The translations under genes were made by a program, and so were the position numbers. Positions 32,862 to 41,263 of a DNA stretch of 64,000 nucleotides are shown piece by piece (the stretch's first letter is position 1; the number at the start of each line of letters is the position of its first letter). The notes under the pieces are model-generated. The model saw only the letters and a program-made list of their open reading frames with translations. It ran no database searches and was not told where the DNA came from. The DNA is from Alphaproteobacteria bacterium UBA2964 (GTDB lineage: Bacteria > Pseudomonadota > Alphaproteobacteria > MPNO01 > UBA2964): NCBI GenBank assembly GCA_905182615.1, contig CAJJCG010000016.1, positions 8,238-72,237 of the forward strand, given 5' to 3'.

Positions 32862-33758
32862 TTATTTGGAGGCAGGGTCTAAGGCAGAACCAAAGAAGAC
32901 ATCCGCTGCAGGTCCAGCCATGCCGCTGCCACTATGAGCGATGCCAGAAACCTCTTTCAGTCGCCACAAGAATGGCATCCGCAACTGGCCAGCGATCTCT
33001 TTTGATCGCCGATAAAAGTGACGGCCCCGTGCAAGGCGGTGCGGTCCCTGTCTATTGGCTTCCACAGTACGGCGAAGGCTACGATGAGTTTCATCATTGT
33101 CATCCTGGCCGAGCATTACAGTCAGCTTTTGCCGAAAGGCCTGGCGCAGGATTTCCTTATCTGCTGGCGCATCATTAAGTCCGTAAGGGAAATCGACGGT
33201 GATGTCAGGCTCAGTATACCAGCCAGCATTTGCCGCTACCGCCGCAATCATCTTTTTGGACGGCGAGAACATGATCATTCGATGCACGAACTGCGAACCA
33301 GCAGAATGACCAAACAAGTAGTACCCCTGCTGCCCAAAACCGAGCGGCGCCCGCGCCTGATCAAAGATCCGGTCTATGACAGGAAAAGACCACTCTGAAC
33401 GCAGTGTCGTGTCGCCCGAGCGAGTTTTTACATTCCCCAGATTAAACCGACGAGAACCACGATAATTCTCGCGACTAAATTCCGGCGCCAAAATGAGCGC
33501 GCCGTAACGCCAAGCCGCCGCCGCAAAATAATAGCGGTAATCTCCGGCATTTCGGCTCGAACCATGGACGACAATTAGCACTGGTCCACCCGGTTTAAAG
33601 GTTGCCGGCCGGTAAAAATAGACATCCATAGGGGCGGAACTTGCGCCACGGCCATCGTCCACCGTGATGACACCGAGTTCCCCCGGGAGTGACGCGCAGC
33701 CAGACAGGGAAATACCCAAGAAAATAGCCGAGCTACGCAATAGATAAAACAAATTCAT
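32862..33758 (-). CDS. Alpha/beta-hydrolase lipoprotein (esterase-like)
   Basis: Signal peptide with lipobox LSGC; nucleophile elbow GHSAGSQF; putative HG oxyanion region VHGSSRN. Confidence 0.6.
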   Translation of the reverse strand: MNLFYLLRSSAIFLGISLSGCASLPGELGVITVDDGRGASSAPMDVYFYRPATFKPGGPVLIVVHGSSRNAGDYRYYFAAAAWRYGALILAPEFSRENYRGSRRFNLGNVKTRSGDTTLRSEWSFPVIDRIFDQARAPLGFGQQGYYLFGHSAGSQFVHRMIMFSPSKKMIAAVAANAGWYTEPDITVDFPYGLNDAPADKEILRQAFRQKLTVMLGQDDNDETHRSLRRTVEANRQGPHRLARGRHFYRRSKEIAGQLRMPFLWRLKEVSGIAHSGSGMAGPAADVFFGSALDPASK

Positions 33759-33762
33759 ATAC

Positions 33763-34653
33763 TTACTTCTGTAATCTCTTCACCTGGGCTTCACGGTGTG
33801 CGATGTAAGCCGAGGATGCAAATATAACCGCTCCACCGATCCACACCCATATATCGGGCAATTCCGAAAAGGCTAGCCACCCAATAAGAGCGGCGAAGGG
33901 CAACCGGATAAACTCAAATGGAAACATTGCTGTCGCGTCAGCGGCGGCAAAGGCCCGGCTCATAAATCTCTGGTTGAGCGTTGCCAAAAGCCCAACCCCA
34001 ACCATTAAGGCTCCTTGGCTTAATGTCGGCGTTGTCCAATACATCAAGGCAGGAACCAGTATCAATGGTGTAGCGTAAAGCATCAGATAAAAGACGACCT
34101 TATCCGGGTGGTCGGTGCGGGTTGCGTATTTGACAATCGAACTACTTGCCGCGGTGAACAAAGCACCCAACAAAATGAGCAGCGACCCGATATTCACCTC
34201 GTCAAAGCCTGGACGAAGAATAATGAGGGCGCCGCAAAACCCGACAATCAAAGCCGCAATCCGCCGAGTATGAATTCTTTCTCCCAAAAACAGCAACACC
34301 AGAACAGTTCCGAATAGAGGAGCCGTAAAAAATAGGGCCATTGAATCTGAAACAGGAAGCATCGCGGCGCCCGGGAAAAAGGTCAAAAGAAACCCAACGC
34401 CGATGACACCACGAAAGATGTAAACCTTGTGATTGACACTTTGCCAAATGGACGAACCGGTTCTGAAGACGAACGGCAACATACAAAGGAGGTTGGTAAG
34501 ACAGCGGAAAAAGCCGATTTCGAAGGGGTGAATATCCTGCGCCACTTCACGAATGAGCGTCGTCATAATGGTGAAGCTCAATGCCCCCGCCGTCATCCAG
34601 ACACCCCCCTGCACAGTTGGTGATAATCCACTAAAATACGTTGTTTGGGACAT
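33763..34653 (-). CDS. DMT-superfamily (EamA-like) transporter
   Basis: 10 predicted TM helices with two EamA repeats. Confidence 0.8.
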   Translation of the reverse strand: MSQTTYFSGLSPTVQGGVWMTAGALSFTIMTTLIREVAQDIHPFEIGFFRCLTNLLCMLPFVFRTGSSIWQSVNHKVYIFRGVIGVGFLLTFFPGAAMLPVSDSMALFFTAPLFGTVLVLLFLGERIHTRRIAALIVGFCGALIILRPGFDEVNIGSLLILLGALFTAASSSIVKYATRTDHPDKVVFYLMLYATPLILVPALMYWTTPTLSQGALMVGVGLLATLNQRFMSRAFAAADATAMFPFEFIRLPFAALIGWLAFSELPDIWVWIGGAVIFASSAYIAHREAQVKRLQK

Positions 34654-34890
34654 TAATTAGTCAGACACAAAAAGCCATAACAGGCATCAAAAAACTGTCT
34701 GAAAATTCCGTAGAAAATAACATCCAGGGCGAGTGCCAAAAACAGGACAGGTAAACAATGTCATCAGACATAGAGTATAATGATATGAAGCCGAACGAAA
34801 TCGTTAAGTAGGCATAGGTTATGGAAATTATCTGGGACAACTGCGACCGCTCTATCTACGAAAACATTTCAGCTGATGCGGGGCAGACAG

Positions 34891-36090
34891 CTAGACCTCT
34901 ATCGAGGTTGCGTCATAGGTAAACAACCAGTCATACCGTTCCCGCACTTTATCAGGTTGCCATTCCGTATCGACGTACTTCTGCGCCACGACCGGGTCGC
35001 CAAGTCGGGAGTTATGGAATCGGTCCGCGTTCTCATTTGAGCCTCGGATTGTCCTGGCCGTGCGCTCTAGCCGCAATTCTTCGTAGCGCTTCAGTCCTGC
35101 CTCAACGTTAGCGCCAAATTTTTCAACGCACCGCGCCAACACCATACCGTCTTCAATCGCCATCACGGCGCCCTGTGCCAACATCGGCACCATTGCGTGA
35201 CAGGCATCACCGAGGAGTGTGATCCGCCCCTCTGTCCAGCGCTCCATCGGCTCGCGGCGCATCAACGCCCATTTATAAGGTATGTGGATATTCTTGATCA
35301 TGGTGTGGACGGTATCGTGCCACCCTTCAAAATCAGCAAGGCATTCCTCTGTCGTACCCCGCGCCGCCCAAGATTCCACAGTCCACGTATCTTTTTCCAG
35401 AATTCCAACGAAGTTGAGCAGGGCACCGTGGCGCACGAAATAATGAACAATATGACCACCCGGCCCGACCCAGTTGGTTCCGACCGGTCGTACTAACCCC
35501 TCCGGCAGATCATTAGCATCAATGATTCCGCGCCAAGCCAGTAGTCCAGAAAAGGATTTATCTTCCTCGCCGAACAGCGTTTGCCGAATATTTGAATGCG
35601 CGCCATCAGCACCTATCAATACATCGCCAGAAATATCATCGTTATCTTTGAGATGCAGCGTTACCTCCGTGTCACCCTGGCTACATCCGGTGCAAAAGGC
35701 ATTGAGGTGAATAGCATCAGATTTCTCTGCCCGCACTGCATCAACCAGCAACTGGTGAAGATCGGCGCGGTGGAACATCAGATAAGGAAAGCCATAACGC
35801 TCAACGGATTCCGCGCCGAGATCAAACAATTTCCAGGTCTGGCCCGTATTCCATATGCGAATTTCTTTGCCGCTCGGCTGCCAGGCGATCTTCTCCATCG
35901 CCTCACCGAGCCCGAGATAGGATAGCACCCGAGTGCCGTTGGCACTCATCTGGAAGCCGGCACCAATCTCCCCGAGCTGCGGTGCCTGCTCGTAGATATC
36001 GACATCTATGCCGACCTTGAGCATGGCCAAGGCGGCGGTTAGCCCACCAATACCAGCGCCAGCAATCAGAACATGCGGTGTATTGGACAT
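34891..36090 (-). CDS. FAD-dependent aromatic-ring monooxygenase (salicylate / 3-hydroxybenzoate hydroxylase-like)
   Basis: GAGIGGLTAA dinucleotide motif, DG motif GADGAHSNIR, GDAAHAM-type motif LLGDACHAMVPMLAQGAVMAIEDG. Start set at MSNTPHVL (36090), one nt after the aldolase stop; the track's upstream ATG would overlap the aldolase gene. Confidence 0.8.
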   Translation of the reverse strand: MSNTPHVLIAGAGIGGLTAALAMLKVGIDVDIYEQAPQLGEIGAGFQMSANGTRVLSYLGLGEAMEKIAWQPSGKEIRIWNTGQTWKLFDLGAESVERYGFPYLMFHRADLHQLLVDAVRAEKSDAIHLNAFCTGCSQGDTEVTLHLKDNDDISGDVLIGADGAHSNIRQTLFGEEDKSFSGLLAWRGIIDANDLPEGLVRPVGTNWVGPGGHIVHYFVRHGALLNFVGILEKDTWTVESWAARGTTEECLADFEGWHDTVHTMIKNIHIPYKWALMRREPMERWTEGRITLLGDACHAMVPMLAQGAVMAIEDGMVLARCVEKFGANVEAGLKRYEELRLERTARTIRGSNENADRFHNSRLGDPVVAQKYVDTEWQPDKVRERYDWLFTYDATSIEV

Positions 36091-36091
36091 T

Positions 36092-36811
36092 CTATAGGTC
36101 CTCGCAACCGGCGCGGCGGCTGAGATATTCCCAGATACGCTTATGCCCAATAGTTGCTGTTTTTGCTTTGCTGATGGCGGCGTCAATTTCACCCTCAGAC
36201 AAGAACTTTACCTCACCCATCTGCATCGCGGTGGTCTGAACCCGCGCATTGACCATCGCGTAGATCGCCGTGGTCACCACCGTATGCAGCGCTTCCGTTG
36301 CAACCGTCAGCCCGTGCCCCCGCATCAACACCAAACGGTTGTCGCCAAGTGTTTCCGCCAGATCGCGGCCATGATCCATATTCACCACCAGCATATCCGT
36401 ATCGCCAAACTTGTCAGCGATATCCCAAACAGGGACTTCCTTACCCATCCGTGAAGCGTTGTGGAACACAGGCTTCAAAGGCACAGAGGTAATACCGAAC
36501 GGCAGGAGCGCCTCAGAATGGCTGTGAACCACGCCATTGACCTCAGGATGTAATTCGTAGACCGCGGCGTGAATAAATCGTTCCAGATAACCCGACGATC
36601 CATCCGGGTCGATCATGTCACCGGAGAGATCGAACTCCCGTATATCGTCCAGCGTAACCAGTTCCGGGCTACGCGACCGCGACAACAGAAACCGTTCGGG
36701 ATTGTAGGGGTGGCGTGCACTCACATGGCCAAAGCCATCCACCACCCCTTGATGCGCCAGAATACGGTTCGCCACCACAAGGTCGTGACGCAGCTCATCC
36801 AGTTCAGACAT
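36092..36811 (-). CDS. Class II aldolase/adducin-family protein (aldolase or decarboxylase)
   Basis: Class II aldolase N-terminal pattern (ANRILAHQGVVDGFGHVSARHP) and His-rich metal site (VVHSHSEALLPF). Confidence 0.8.
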   Translation of the reverse strand: MSELDELRHDLVVANRILAHQGVVDGFGHVSARHPYNPERFLLSRSRSPELVTLDDIREFDLSGDMIDPDGSSGYLERFIHAAVYELHPEVNGVVHSHSEALLPFGITSVPLKPVFHNASRMGKEVPVWDIADKFGDTDMLVVNMDHGRDLAETLGDNRLVLMRGHGLTVATEALHTVVTTAIYAMVNARVQTTAMQMGEVKFLSEGEIDAAISKAKTATIGHKRIWEYLSRRAGCEDL

Positions 36812-36834
36812 ACGACTTACTCTTTGACTAGTGC

Positions 36835-37641
36835 CTACTCTTGAACAACGTCGATCCAGGTTCCGTCGGGATCAGCGGTTTGATAAGAGCCCAACGCGTT
36901 GCTGGCAAAAAGCTCGCGACGCACCTCGGATTCCTCGCTGCCACCGAGGCGGCGTGAGGCGAGGAACGTATTCTTTTCACCAATCCGTTTTTCCTCGGCT
37001 TTAAAGGCGTCCATATCCTTAACCTTAAAACCGATATGATCTGGACCGGGGCGCTTGATCGACATGCCCGCGAAAATCGCAACACTCCACGGCATGATCG
37101 ACAAGGTCATCGTGCCATCGGTGAGGTGGAATTTCGGATCGCCTTCCTTGCGGTTACTGAGTTGAAGCTCGAAGACTTCGGCATAAAACTCTGCACATTT
37201 CTCGGCGTTTGGTGTTCGGATCGCAAATCGGTTAAAGGTACAGTTGGCGGTGCTCTCAACGCCATCCGCATACACATCGCGAAGATTCTTACTGCCCTTT
37301 TCCGCGAGATCGAAGACATTGCCGTCAGGATCATGCCCGGAATAAGCCGCAAAAGGGCGGATAGCGGGTCGTTTGACGCAACCAGACCCTTCATAAGCCC
37401 CCGCCATGCGTTCTTCAACAGCGGCAATGCTGTCGACCACCATACCAAAATGATCAAGGCCGCCGACATAACCGTCGCGACGCGGGATAATATTCAGCCC
37501 AAGATTGCCGTCGCTGACAACTGACGCGCTTTCAAAATCATTGCGGCCTGAGGTCTCAAGACCAAAGACGGCTTGATAATATTTCTGCAGATACGGGTAC
37601 TGGTTACTGATAATCGCCATGTGGTTGATATGGGCAAACAT
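36835..37641 (-). CDS. Two-domain VOC-superfamily protein (glyoxalase / extradiol dioxygenase-like), paralog 1
   Basis: Two tandem beta-alpha-beta-beta-beta modules; GLDHFG motif; 268 aa; about 50% identical to the next gene. Confidence 0.7.
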   Translation of the reverse strand: MFAHINHMAIISNQYPYLQKYYQAVFGLETSGRNDFESASVVSDGNLGLNIIPRRDGYVGGLDHFGMVVDSIAAVEERMAGAYEGSGCVKRPAIRPFAAYSGHDPDGNVFDLAEKGSKNLRDVYADGVESTANCTFNRFAIRTPNAEKCAEFYAEVFELQLSNRKEGDPKFHLTDGTMTLSIMPWSVAIFAGMSIKRPGPDHIGFKVKDMDAFKAEEKRIGEKNTFLASRRLGGSEESEVRRELFASNALGSYQTADPDGTWIDVVQE

Positions 37642-37665
37642 AGTCTGGCTCCCTGTAAGGATTTT

Positions 37666-38463
37666 CTATTCTTCTGATGCGCCGATATAAACGCCTTCGA
37701 TATCTGTGAGATGATAATCGTTTAAGGGTACGCTTTGGAACAGCCCGAGACGCGCCTTGCCTTCATCGCCATAACCAAGTGGCCGCGAGCGCATCAGTGG
37801 ATTCTGACCGGTTAGGTCTTCCAAATCATCTTTAAGCGCGTCAATGCTCTCTACTTTAAAGCCAATATGATCCGGGCCAAGGCGCTGTGGGTCCATACCG
37901 AAATAATCATCCATGTTCCACTGCAGGACTGCGAGGGTCATCCGGCCATCGGATAGATAAAAATTGGGATCGCCTGCTTTCTTGTTGAGCAAGTTCAGTT
38001 CGAAGACCTCTGAATAAAATTCGGCGCAGCGTTCAGCATGGCGTGTCCGCAATGCAAAATGGCTAAACTTGCGAACCGTCTCCTCGCGTGCTTCGGAATA
38101 GATATCCTTCTGCATCTTCTTTTCGGAGAGATCGAAGATATTGGTATCCGGGTCGTGGGCGCTATACGCCGCGAAGGGACGAACCGGCGGACGTTTCAAG
38201 AGCTTAATCGACGAATCGAATTTATTGATGCGGGCCCGCGCTTCTTCCAGATCTTCAACCTCGAGGCCAAAATGGTCGAGGCCGCTGGTACGGCCTTCGC
38301 GCCGCGGAATGATATTCATTCCGACATAGCCGTCACTCACGACAACCGCACGCGCTGGACGCGGGTTCTTTGCTGTCTTTAATCCAAACAGCGCTTCGTA
38401 GAACTTTGCATTGATCGCATAATGATCCGTACAGATCGCAATGTGATTTAATCGCGCAAACAT
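37666..38463 (-). CDS. Two-domain VOC-superfamily protein (glyoxalase / extradiol dioxygenase-like), paralog 2
   Basis: MFARLNHIAICTDHY aligns with paralog 1's MFAHINHMAIISNQY; start trimmed to that Met. Confidence 0.7.
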   Translation of the reverse strand: MFARLNHIAICTDHYAINAKFYEALFGLKTAKNPRPARAVVVSDGYVGMNIIPRREGRTSGLDHFGLEVEDLEEARARINKFDSSIKLLKRPPVRPFAAYSAHDPDTNIFDLSEKKMQKDIYSEAREETVRKFSHFALRTRHAERCAEFYSEVFELNLLNKKAGDPNFYLSDGRMTLAVLQWNMDDYFGMDPQRLGPDHIGFKVESIDALKDDLEDLTGQNPLMRSRPLGYGDEGKARLGLFQSVPLNDYHLTDIEGVYIGASEE

Positions 38464-38563
38464 GGGCACCTCCAGGTGGTGGTTTTCATAATTTAGCAAA
38501 CCGTATCACAGCATTCTCAACCGCCCAACTGAGTGACAAACAACATTTGATGTCTCCGGATGT

Positions 38564-38579
38564 CGTGATATCGTGATAT
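38564..38579. promoter_or_regulatory. Tandem 8-mer CGTGATAT x2 (contains GATATC palindrome) in a divergent promoter region
   Basis: Perfect direct repeat seen in the 100-bp gap between the minus-strand catabolic operon (VOC-VOC-aldolase-monooxygenase) and the plus-strand TctC gene; candidate operator. Confidence 0.2.
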
Positions 38580-38601
38580 TTCCACCACAACAAAAACAAA
38601 C

Positions 38602-39669
38602 ATGAAAACATTCAGGGAGACGAATATGAATCGATTATTGATTGCAGCGCTGCCGTTAGCAGGATTGGCTTTAGCCGTTCCAGCAAACGCCGATGACGTT
38701 GCTGACTTTTATAAAGATAAAACGGTCACCGCCATTTCCGGTGGTGGCGCTGGCGGCGGTTTCTCTTTCGTTGCACGCGTTCTTGGCCGTCATATGGCAG
38801 CCAATATCCCCGGCAAACCGAATTGGGTTGTTAAGGCTATGCCTGGTGCCGGTGGCGCGCGCTCAATCAAATATATCGTCAATGCGGCAGCCCAGGGCGG
38901 CACGACAATCGGCGCGGTTCTACCGCCATCAATCCTGTCTCCGCTGCTGCGCAAAAAAGTCGGCTATGATTCTGCCAAACTGCAATGGATCGGTTCGGTT
39001 ACAGCGCAGGCATCCGTCCTTGTCGCGTGGAAAACCTCTCCCGCTAAAACGCTGAAGCAAGTCCAGAAAACCCAGGTCACTACAGCAACATCGAGCAAGC
39101 TTTCTAGCGGCTATCTATTCCCGGCCTGGATGAATGCAACGATCGGCACCAAATTCAAGGTGATCCCGGGCTATCGCGGTGCTGACCGTCAGAACGCTGC
39201 TATGGAAACCGGCGAAGTTAATGGCCGCAGCAGCTTCTATAACAGCTTCAAAACGACCAAACCGCACTGGCTGAGAGATAAAACCATCATCCCCTTGGTT
39301 TATATGGGCCCCAAAACGGCAGATCTTAAGGGCGTCCCTTATATGATGGATTTGATGAAAACCAAGGAACAGCGTGAGATAGCCAACTTCCTGCAAACTG
39401 GCTCCCAGGTCGGCAACGGCTTTTTTGTTTCTCCAGCCGTACCGAAAGCACGTGTCATGGCATTGCGAGCCGCGTTTAATAAGACTGTCGCCAGTAAGGC
39501 ATTTTTGGCTGAAGCCAAAAAACGCAACATGGTTGTCGCACCGGTTCGCGGCGAAGCACTTGATGCCATTGTCGCAGCGGCGATGAAGACATCTCCAGCG
39601 ACGATCAAAAAGTTCAAGAAACTTGTCAAAATCGACAAGCTCAAGCCCCGCAAACGCAAAAAGAAGTAA
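38602..39669 (+). CDS. TctC/Bug-family tripartite tricarboxylate transporter substrate-binding protein (orphan), with poly-lysine C-terminal tail
   Basis: Signal peptide, Bug-family signature (YKDKTVTAISGGGAGGGFSFVARVL...GKPNWVVKAMPGAGGA). Unusual C-terminus KKFKKLVKIDKLKPRKRKKK. Start may be the M at 38626. Confidence 0.8.
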   Translation: MKTFRETNMNRLLIAALPLAGLALAVPANADDVADFYKDKTVTAISGGGAGGGFSFVARVLGRHMAANIPGKPNWVVKAMPGAGGARSIKYIVNAAAQGGTTIGAVLPPSILSPLLRKKVGYDSAKLQWIGSVTAQASVLVAWKTSPAKTLKQVQKTQVTTATSSKLSSGYLFPAWMNATIGTKFKVIPGYRGADRQNAAMETGEVNGRSSFYNSFKTTKPHWLRDKTIIPLVYMGPKTADLKGVPYMMDLMKTKEQREIANFLQTGSQVGNGFFVSPAVPKARVMALRAAFNKTVASKAFLAEAKKRNMVVAPVRGEALDAIVAAAMKTSPATIKKFKKLVKIDKLKPRKRKKK

Positions 39670-39677
39670 GACAACCG

Positions 39678-41228
39678 ATGCCAGAAGGCACAACCAAATT
39701 GTCAAACACGGAGGCGGATACATTCCGCCTCCGTAATTTTGTCGACACGCTCATTGCAGCGGATGAGCTTGAGATCGTCGAGACACCTACCGAGCTCGCC
39801 GATCTCACATCTCACATGGATGGCAATGAAAAAGCCGTCTTGTTCCAAAAAGCGGGGCCTGAAGAGGCCGAAATTATCGGCAATGTTGGTGCCAGCCGCT
39901 CTCGTCTAGCACTGGCCTTTGACGTTGCCGAACCCGATTTGTTGCCCGAGCTATTAAAACGGCTCGCCACCAAACAACCCATCGAGACTATCGACAAAGA
40001 CAATGCACCGGTACAGAAAATCGTCTGGACCGGCGATGAAGCCGACTTCACCAAACTCCCGGTACCGTTTCAACATGGCCGGGACGGTGGACCCTATTTA
40101 TCTGCAACGCTCGACTTCACCGTCAACCCGGAAACCGGGCTGACCAATCTCGGCTGCCGTCGCATGATGATACGTGGCCGCCGCGAAGCAGGCGTTGACC
40201 TCAACGCGCCCAGCGATCTTCGCGCAATTTATGAAGCCGCGTCCGGACGCGGAGAACGGTTACCGGTCAGTTTTGTCCTCGGTGCCCATCCGATAGATTA
40301 TGTCGCCGCGACAATGCGTGTCCCCGTCGACGAGACTGAACTTCTCGCCTCTTTGCGTGGCGCACCGTTGAAACTTGTCAAAAGCATTACCAATGACATT
40401 CTGGTTCCCGCTGACGCCGAGATGGTGATCGAAGGTTATCTCGACGAGCATGGCTATGTCGAAGACGAAGGACCCTTCGGAGAATTTGCCGGCTATTACG
40501 GCGTGATGAAAAAGAACCCGGTCTTTCATTTGACCGCCATCACCAAGCGCTCGGATGCTTTGTTCCAGACCGCTACGATCAGCGGCCCTTATATTGGACG
40601 CACAGATACTGCGGTGCTCAATACACTTAAATCAGAAGCCGTCGTCTGGCGGGCATTGCAAACCGCGATCCGCGAACCAGTGGCTGTGAACGCAACAGGC
40701 GCTGGTGCCGGTATGTTTAACTTACGTATTTCGATGCGGCCCCGCGTCCCGGGGGAAGCACAGAATGCCATCGCCGCCGCCTTTGGCTGTCTGGCCAATG
40801 TAAAAAACGTATTCGTCGTAAATGACGACATCGATATTTTTGATAATGACCAGATGGAATGGGCATTGGCGACACGGTTCCAACCGGATCGCGATCTCGT
40901 CGTACAAGGCGGTATGCGAACCCTGCCACTCGATCCCTCGCTATATGGCGCACGGGTTGGTTCCAAGGCGGGCTTCGACCTAACAATCCCCAATGACAAA
41001 AGAAGTGCCATCGAATTTACAGTCCCCGCGCCTCCTACGCTTGCCGGCGAAAAATTCAATAGCGTGCGCGCAGCGCTCGAGGATGGACCAAAGAGCTACG
41101 AACAGCTTATGGCCGCCATTGGCACCCGCGATGGCCGTGAGGTTGTTCTTGCGCTCGATGAAATTCGCAGGGAAGGCAGGCTTAGCCGATTGAAAGAAGG
41201 CGAATACTGCCTAAGTGATAAAAGCTGA
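39678..41228 (+). CDS. UbiD-family (prFMN-dependent) reversible decarboxylase
   Basis: UbiD-family length and profile (516 aa); conserved segments GPYLSATLDFTVNPETGLTNLGCRRMMI and EGPFGEFAGYYG. C-terminal ~60 aa look winged-helix-like. Confidence 0.85.
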   Translation: MPEGTTKLSNTEADTFRLRNFVDTLIAADELEIVETPTELADLTSHMDGNEKAVLFQKAGPEEAEIIGNVGASRSRLALAFDVAEPDLLPELLKRLATKQPIETIDKDNAPVQKIVWTGDEADFTKLPVPFQHGRDGGPYLSATLDFTVNPETGLTNLGCRRMMIRGRREAGVDLNAPSDLRAIYEAASGRGERLPVSFVLGAHPIDYVAATMRVPVDETELLASLRGAPLKLVKSITNDILVPADAEMVIEGYLDEHGYVEDEGPFGEFAGYYGVMKKNPVFHLTAITKRSDALFQTATISGPYIGRTDTAVLNTLKSEAVVWRALQTAIREPVAVNATGAGAGMFNLRISMRPRVPGEAQNAIAAAFGCLANVKNVFVVNDDIDIFDNDQMEWALATRFQPDRDLVVQGGMRTLPLDPSLYGARVGSKAGFDLTIPNDKRSAIEFTVPAPPTLAGEKFNSVRAALEDGPKSYEQLMAAIGTRDGREVVLALDEIRREGRLSRLKEGEYCLSDKS

Positions 41229-41263
41229 TACAAAAACTATAAACAGGGGCGGCACCGAAAAAA

